Shown: piece by piece, positions 58,542-64,000 of the stretch
Layout of the letters: the number at the start of each line of letters is the position of its first letter
How positions within the stretch are numbered: the stretch's first letter is position 1
Origin: Candidatus Levyibacteriota bacterium
GTDB taxonomy: Bacteria; Patescibacteriota; Microgenomatia; Levybacterales; UBA12049
Assembly: GCA_027459725.1 (NCBI GenBank)
Contig: DAIDHK010000003.1
Span: 931-64,930 of the forward strand
Direction: 5' to 3'
Length of the DNA: 64,000 nucleotides
Notes under the pieces: model-generated
The model's database searches: none
What the model saw: only the letters and a program-made list of their open reading frames with translations
What the model was told of the DNA's origin: nothing
Translations under genes and position numbers: made by a program

Positions 58542-60356
58542 ATGTACATCTTAGAGTGTATATTTTGCACTAAGTATATGGATGATGTTGCTTTGGTTCG
58601 AGAAAAGATAGATTTGGTCGCATTAATTGGTGAAACAGTGAGCCTGAAAAGAGCTGGTAAAAACTTCAAGGGACTTTGTCCCTTTCATTCGGAAAAGTCT
58701 CCTTCTTTTATGGTCTCGCCGGAACGTCAGATTTGGCATTGTTTTGGCTGCCAAAAAGGTGGAGATTGTTTTAGTTTTATCATGGAGCAAGAGCATATTG
58801 AGTTCGTAGAAGCTTTAAGAATATTAGCGAAAAGAGCAGGGATAGAGTTACAGCAGTCTCCTATAGCCACTGGCATCGCAGCCAAAAAAGAGAGATTATA
58901 CGAAGCGAACAAATTAGCTTTGGATTTCTATCATTATCTTTTGACAGAGCATAAAAGTGGGGCGCAAGCACGTGAATATCTAAATACCAGGAAAATGGGT
59001 GAAAAGATATGGCAGACTTTTAAACTAGGTTTTGCCCCTGATCAACGTGATGCTCTAACTAACTATCTCCTTAAGCGTAAACATTTTAAGTTAGAAGAGT
59101 TGCTAGAAGTTGGCTTGAGTACACGCACCCGAAGCGGAGTAATTGACTTTTTTTGGAACCGTTTGATGTTTCCATTATATGATCATCGTGATAATGTAGT
59201 TGGGTTTGCCGGACGTTTATTAATTCCCTCAGACCATGGGCCTAAATACATCAATACTAAAGAAACATTAATCTATCATAAAGGGCAAACCTTTTTTGCT
59301 ATTCAGGTTACTAAGGAGCATTTGCGCAAGACAAATCAGGCAATATTAGTGGAAGGTGAATTTGATGCACTAACTTGTTTTCAGGCGGGGATTACCAACG
59401 TCTTAGCAGTAAAAGGCACAGCATTGACTGAACAGCAGGTAACCCTGCTTAGTCGTTATGTTAATAAGGTTACTATGTGTTTTGATGGAGATTCGGCCGG
59501 ACAGGAGGCAATCAAGCGTAGTATTCCCTTGCTGGAGAAAAAGAACTTACAAACAACAGTAGTAATCATTCCTAATGGTAAAGATCCGGATGAAGCTATT
59601 AAAAATAATGAGTTAGGTTTTAAGCAAGCTCTTAAGCATGATATTCCGGTATATGATTATCTATTTGATGAGTCAATAAAAGGTCAGGATAAGGCCAGTG
59701 CGCAAGGTAAAAGAAATATCGTAGAGAGCTTCTTGCCAGTGGTTGCCACGATTGAGAATTCAGTTGTACGTGAGCATTATCTAAAAAAACTCAGTGCTGC
59801 TCTGGATACCTCTTATGAAAGTCTTAATAGAGAGATTGAGAGAATAGAAAGACCTCTAGAGACACAGAAGGGTGAAATTGTCCAGTCAGAAAAGCAAACT
59901 CGTCAGGAGAGACTGGAAGAATATCTTGTTTCATTAATTGTACAGCATGATGATCCTAAAACAGCTGTTTTACAAATCATTACAGCACTTGATTCCTCTT
60001 TAAATAATGAAAGAGCTTATCAAAAAATAATTTTCCATCTGCTAACTTTTGTGAAGACTCTGCAGCAGGCGATGTTTGATCATGAGGTATTTCTACATCA
60101 TTTACCTGAAGAATTGACAACTATTTACAACAAGTCATTATTATTTCCATTACCAAAACTGACCCCCGAGGACTATTTGGTTGAGATAAGTAAAACAGCC
60201 GGGCAGTTAAAAGAAATGTATTTGCGGGAGCGAATTCAGGAATTGGGTAAGCAGATTAAGCAAAAAGAGGCAGAAGATAAATTGGAAGAAGTAGAGCAGC
60301 TGGAAGCTGAAAGCGTAGAGATCACTAAGCAGCTACAGGCAATGAATGTTAAATAG
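58542..60356 (+). CDS. dnaG: DNA primase
   Basis: Zinc ribbon 'CPFHSEKSPSFMVSPERQIWHCFGCQKGGD', TOPRIM 'ILVEGEFDAL...FDGDSAGQEA'. Confidence 0.85.
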   Translation: MYILECIFCTKYMDDVALVREKIDLVALIGETVSLKRAGKNFKGLCPFHSEKSPSFMVSPERQIWHCFGCQKGGDCFSFIMEQEHIEFVEALRILAKRAGIELQQSPIATGIAAKKERLYEANKLALDFYHYLLTEHKSGAQAREYLNTRKMGEKIWQTFKLGFAPDQRDALTNYLLKRKHFKLEELLEVGLSTRTRSGVIDFFWNRLMFPLYDHRDNVVGFAGRLLIPSDHGPKYINTKETLIYHKGQTFFAIQVTKEHLRKTNQAILVEGEFDALTCFQAGITNVLAVKGTALTEQQVTLLSRYVNKVTMCFDGDSAGQEAIKRSIPLLEKKNLQTTVVIIPNGKDPDEAIKNNELGFKQALKHDIPVYDYLFDESIKGQDKASAQGKRNIVESFLPVVATIENSVVREHYLKKLSAALDTSYESLNREIERIERPLETQKGEIVQSEKQTRQERLEEYLVSLIVQHDDPKTAVLQIITALDSSLNNERAYQKIIFHLLTFVKTLQQAMFDHEVFLHHLPEELTTIYNKSLLFPLPKLTPEDYLVEISKTAGQLKEMYLRERIQELGKQIKQKEAEDKLEEVEQLEAESVEITKQLQAMNVK

Positions 60357-60379
60357 AGGAAAAGGGATATAATTACAAA

Positions 60380-61465
60380 ATGAGGGAGTCAGGAGAATAT
60401 TCTTCAGTTTTTGATCCCCGAACACAAGATGTATTACATGACAGAGCTCAGAGTGGAGAATTAATTAATAGACTAAGCTTGATTTTAAAAAATTATCCTG
60501 TGGGGAGAGTAATTTGGGATATTTATAACAAAAACTTTACTAAGGAAAAACTTTCACAAGGAGAACAGGATATGATGGAAGTTTTACATGGTCCAGAAGC
60601 CAGACCCTTAGGCAACAAAGTTGAATTTCCTCGACTCATGCGGGAGTTGGGATATCAAGCTCCGCGAGGGCTTATAGTTAAAGCGACTTTAAATGATGAG
60701 GAAAGGTTAGCAGTCGTAAAAGAATATTATGCCGGTTCCGGAGTAGAAAATATGTTTTGTAAGCCTTTGAATGGTACACGGCAAAGAGACTTGGTCGGCC
60801 AAACAACTGGTTTGTCATTAGAGTCGCAAGAATTTAGAAGATATCTTTCAGCTTTAGAAGAAGATACAGTTATTCAGAAAAAAATACCAATCAGTACAGA
60901 TATCAGATATATAAGATATCGTGATAGAAAAGGGCAAAATTATGTGGCTGCATTTCAATATGAAGAAGGATTCTCTGATGGAGATAAAGATTTTACTAGT
61001 CGGAGACCCGAAAGACAAAAAGCAAGACGAAGAATTCGGCTTCCCTTTATGGGTAACAGGATCAATTCTGTTTCAGGAGAAACTCTTAATGAGATGGTGG
61101 AGAGCATGGTCAATATGTCGGCCAGTTCTTTAAATAATGATCAACACCAACTATCTAATCTTAATCATTTCCTTGAGGATGCGATTATATCATTGGAAGG
61201 AAAAATAGGGGTAAAACTGCCTTTTTTCTCTTGTGATATCGGAATTAATAACTTTGAGTCTCTGCGGGGGGAATATAACTTTGATCAGCTTAGAAGTAAC
61301 ATTAGTTTTATTGAGACACAAGGCTTTCCTCATCCCTGGGCAGGTTATAATTTAAGTGATAAGCCAGCTTTGAATACATGTCTTAATATGTGTATGTTAT
61401 ATCTTCGTGAACATGGAGCCAGTATGCAATCTCGTGTAAGGGCAGTTTTGGCTCGATATAAGTAG
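60380..61465 (+). CDS. hypothetical protein, possibly ATP-grasp fold (RimK-like), 361 aa, inserted between dnaG and rpoD
   Basis: 'FCKPLNGTRQRDLV' resembles the ATP-grasp 'KP..GS.G.GV' loop. 'YVAAFQYEEG' and 'FFSCDIGINNFE...EYNFDQ' resemble the ATP-grasp C-domain. This is a pattern-level resemblance only. Confidence 0.4.
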   Translation: MRESGEYSSVFDPRTQDVLHDRAQSGELINRLSLILKNYPVGRVIWDIYNKNFTKEKLSQGEQDMMEVLHGPEARPLGNKVEFPRLMRELGYQAPRGLIVKATLNDEERLAVVKEYYAGSGVENMFCKPLNGTRQRDLVGQTTGLSLESQEFRRYLSALEEDTVIQKKIPISTDIRYIRYRDRKGQNYVAAFQYEEGFSDGDKDFTSRRPERQKARRRIRLPFMGNRINSVSGETLNEMVESMVNMSASSLNNDQHQLSNLNHFLEDAIISLEGKIGVKLPFFSCDIGINNFESLRGEYNFDQLRSNISFIETQGFPHPWAGYNLSDKPALNTCLNMCMLYLREHGASMQSRVRAVLARYK

Positions 61466-61520
61466 GTTAATGTGCTTGCTTGCATTATTAGCGAAAGATG
61501 CTATACTGAATTCAATGATT

Positions 61521-61548
61521 AAATAAACCTGGTCTGTCCAGGTTTATT
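61521..61548 (+). terminator. perfect 11-bp stem / 5-nt loop hairpin (AAATAAACCTGG-TCTGT-CCAGGTTTATT) followed by GTGTTGT. Candidate intrinsic terminator or attenuator just upstream of rpoD.
   Basis: Seen directly in the sequence. Confidence 0.4.
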
Positions 61549-61562
61549 GTGTTGTATAAATT

Positions 61563-62651
61563 ATGACTAAACAGGTAAAACTTCCCAGTATCATGAATGA
61601 CATTGTTACAAACGCTAAAAAGCGTGGATATATTACCCAGGATGAAATCATGGGAATTTTTTCTCGTCCGGAAGAACATATTTTAGAATTGGATACTCTA
61701 TATGATAAATTGTTGCGTCAGAATACGGATGTCTATGAAAACATGGCGCAGGAACCAGACGAGCAAAAACCAATTGCTGATTTAGAAAAAGAGCTGGAGG
61801 CTTTGACGGTACTTGCTGAAGGTACTGTATCTGATCCCGTGAGAATGTACTTAAAAGAGATTGGTCGCATTCCTCTACTAACTTTTAATCAGGAGATTGA
61901 ATTAGCAAAAAAAGTTGAGAAGGGTGATAAAAAGGCTAAGCAAACTCTTATTAACTCTAATTTACGTTTAGTAGTCTCTATTGCCAAAAAATATATTGGT
62001 CGTGGTTTATCTCTACTGGATTTGATTCAGGAAGGTAATCAAGGTTTAATCCGTGCCGTAGAGAAATATGACTGGAGACGCGGTTATAAGTTCTCCACTT
62101 ATGCAACATGGTGGATACGCCAGTCAGTAACTCGTGCTATTGCCGATCAAGCTAGAACTATTCGTATTCCAGTACATATGGTTGAAAATATTAACCGTTT
62201 TTTGAGAACCTCCCGTAAATTGATGCAGGAATTGGGTAGAGAGCCTACTCCTGAAGAAGTTGCTAAAACTTTGGGAATTGAGCCTGATAAGGCTTTGGAG
62301 ATTATTAAAATATCTCAGAATCCAGCCAGTCTGGAGTCCCCAGTTGGCGATGAAGAAGATTCACGTTTGGGAGATTTTATTCATGATAGTTCAGCTCCAA
62401 CTTTGTTTGATTCCGCTTCGCGCGAATTACTGAAAGAACAAGTGGAACAGGTATTAGGAACACTTTCAGATCGTGAAAGACGTGTGCTGGAAGAAAGATT
62501 TGGCCTTAAAGATGGACGACCAAAAACATTAGAAGAAGTTGGACGTATGTTTGCTGTTACTCGTGAGCGTATTCGTCAAATTGAGGCGAAGGCTTTACGT
62601 AAATTGCGTCATCCTTCCCGCGGAAATAAACTGAAAGATTATTTAATCTAA
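61563..62651 (+). CDS. rpoD: RNA polymerase sigma-70 factor (compact, 362 aa)
   Basis: Region 2 '[29 protein letters not shown]', region 4 '[28 protein letters not shown]'. Confidence 0.9.
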   Translation: MTKQVKLPSIMNDIVTNAKKRGYITQDEIMGIFSRPEEHILELDTLYDKLLRQNTDVYENMAQEPDEQKPIADLEKELEALTVLAEGTVSDPVRMYLKEIGRIPLLTFNQEIELAKKVEKGDKKAKQTLINSNLRLVVSIAKKYIGRGLSLLDLIQEGNQGLIRAVEKYDWRRGYKFSTYATWWIRQSVTRAIADQARTIRIPVHMVENINRFLRTSRKLMQELGREPTPEEVAKTLGIEPDKALEIIKISQNPASLESPVGDEEDSRLGDFIHDSSAPTLFDSASRELLKEQVEQVLGTLSDRERRVLEERFGLKDGRPKTLEEVGRMFAVTRERIRQIEAKALRKLRHPSRGNKLKDYLI

Positions 62652-63299
62652 TACACAGTTACTAGAAGTTTCCAGTAATTACTCAAAGTGAGATCTGATG
62701 TCTTAATCCGTACTTTCATCTTTCAACATGGAGTCCATAACGAAGACTAAATTCAGGCTGTAGAATCGGATATTGAGCTACATTTTTCCCTCCATGCACT
62801 CCTTCAACTAAAATAACATCCTCCAGATCGATATCTCTTTTTAAAACATTTTTCACCTCTGATTTTATTTATTGGTATACAGCAAAGTCGTATGTAAGGG
62901 GCTAACCTCACGCGTGTTCATTTATGTGCTTGTAAAGAGATAACAAATAGCATACCGATGACAAGCGAAGGCTATACAATTACAAAATACCAACTTAGTT
63001 ATCAATCAAAACCCACATTCCATAAGTAAAACAAGCCAAATCCAAGAAAAGTAATTACACCTACCAAGTCATACTTCCAATCGATCAATATAACAACCAG
63101 ACAAATTAACGATTAGAGCAGATGCATAAAAAGAGGTAAAATAATCTCACACTCTGAATAGCTGAAAAAATACTCTTACCCGGAACATGAAAGTTCTTTT
63201 GCTTCTGTTAAAGCTGCTATTACTGAATTTATGACGCTTAAGCTCGTTGATTTTCAGACTGAGGTGTTAAATAATGTTAATATAAGTTAACGACAAGAT

Positions 63300-63473
63300 A
63301 TGGAAGAAAAATTTTACACAGCCAAAGATGTGGCTCAAATCCTCAAAGTTGCTTATATGACTGTTTATCTCTGGATAAGAGCAGGAAAATTAAAAGCATA
63401 TCTTGTACAAAAACAATATCGTATTAAGAATATAGACCTTCAAAGTTTTATTGAAGCTGGAAGCAGTAAATAA
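63300..63473 (+). CDS. excisionase/MerR-like helix-turn-helix DNA-binding protein, 57 aa
   Basis: 'YTAKDVAQILKVAYMTVYLWIRAGKLKAYLVQKQYRIKNIDLQSFIE' fits the excisionase-family HTH pattern. Found by hand, below the ORF-track cutoff. Confidence 0.55.
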   Translation: MEEKFYTAKDVAQILKVAYMTVYLWIRAGKLKAYLVQKQYRIKNIDLQSFIEAGSSK

Positions 63474-63475
63474 CA

Positions 63476-64000
63476 TGGCAAAGCAATACAATAATACTCA
63501 GAATATACTACAACCACAAGAGAAAAGTTATAAATTTTCAGCTGATGTTATCCGCGTTCTTGCAATCGCTGGGGTGGTACTTATCCACACAGCAAATGCA
63601 GTATATGGAAGACCAGATTTTTTTGGAGGAATTTCATGGTGGATAGCTATAATATTAAATTCTTTTTCTCGTATTGCAATTCCACTTTTCATAATGTTAA
63701 GCGGATATTTCATACTAAACAAGGATGAATCGTTTAGTAAATCATTAAAACGTACAGCAAATCGTATTATTATTCCACTTCTATTTTGGTTTGTAGCTGA
63801 TGTTATATGGAATGGAGGGAAACCTTCATTTGTTAATTTAAATCAATCTATAATTGTCAGACTGTTAACAGTAAATGTACTCGACCTCTATTTCCTAATA
63901 ATACTTGTAGGACTTTACATCGTAGCACCAATTATCAGGGCTTATTTACAGAAAACAAATTATTTAACACAAAGAAACTTTACGATATTTGCTCTATCAG
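63476..64000 (+). CDS. acyltransferase family 3 (OatA/OafA-like membrane O-acyltransferase), N-terminal part. Continues beyond the window.
   Basis: 'FSADVIRVLAIAGVVLIHTANAV...FSRIAIPLFIMLSGYFILNK' matches the Acyl_transf_3 N-terminal signature (R.D..R..A...V...H). Confidence 0.6.

Noticed and set aside
61521-61548. Calling the pre-rpoD hairpin a definitive terminator
   Set aside because: The tail is GTGTTGT rather than a clean U-run, and it sits only 15 bp from the rpoD ATG. It is reported only as a candidate.
63300-63473. Prophage at the right end of the window
   Set aside because: An excisionase-like HTH alone is insufficient. No integrase, terminase, capsid or portal genes are seen in the available sequence. 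It was kept as a note only.

Overview
This is a low-GC window with reduced-genome features: a short ValRS, a CBS-less IMPDH and a 281-aa YidC. That is consistent with a Patescibacteria/CPR-like or other small-genome monoderm bacterium, which is an inference.

The right half (35.3-62.7 kb) is conserved housekeeping DNA:
- dnaN and dnaA, each with a DnaA-box cluster (oriC region).
- An IS481-like insertion sequence sitting between the dnaA upstream region and the rpmH promoter.
- The rpmH-rnpA-yidD-yidC-jag operon.
- pgk, valS, def, rplY, ruvCAB, a Ham1-type NTP pyrophosphatase, guaB-guaA, and dnaG-(unknown ATP-grasp-like gene)-rpoD.
- An excisionase-family HTH gene and a partial acyltransferase-3 gene after rpoD.

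The left half (about 5.5-35.3 kb) lies between a tRNA-Ser(UGA) gene and dnaN. It is a 30-kb cluster of poorly conserved genes that together look like a Gram-positive/CPR-style type IV secretion or pilus-like apparatus:
- A VirB4/TraC-family ATPase, preceded by a PrgI/TcpE (VirB3)-like membrane protein.
- A small protein resembling the N-domain of Gram-negative VirB4.
- A bitopic giant protein with a C-terminal lytic-transglycosylase (VirB1-like) motif, and a CHAP peptidoglycan hydrolase.
- A VirB6/TrbL-like glycine-rich polytopic protein.
- Four paralogous VirB2/TrbC-like pilin genes, two of them a near-identical tandem duplication.
- An 885-aa secreted Ser/Thr/Asn-rich protein whose C-terminus is itself a pilin domain.
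- Two GT-C-like polytopic membrane proteins.
- An unusual P-loop ATPase fused to an OmpR-type winged helix, with a palindrome in the divergent promoter region.
- Two very large cytoplasmic proteins of unknown function.

No relaxase, VirD4 or integrase is visible in the cluster.

Other points of note:
- Possible contingency loci: a G8 tract and in-frame hexanucleotide repeats inside cluster genes.
- A conserved 34-bp triple-direct-repeat motif upstream of both valS and def.
- A GIY-YIG ORF with no canonical start codon, and a possible PD-(D/E)xK nuclease remnant beside the tRNA.
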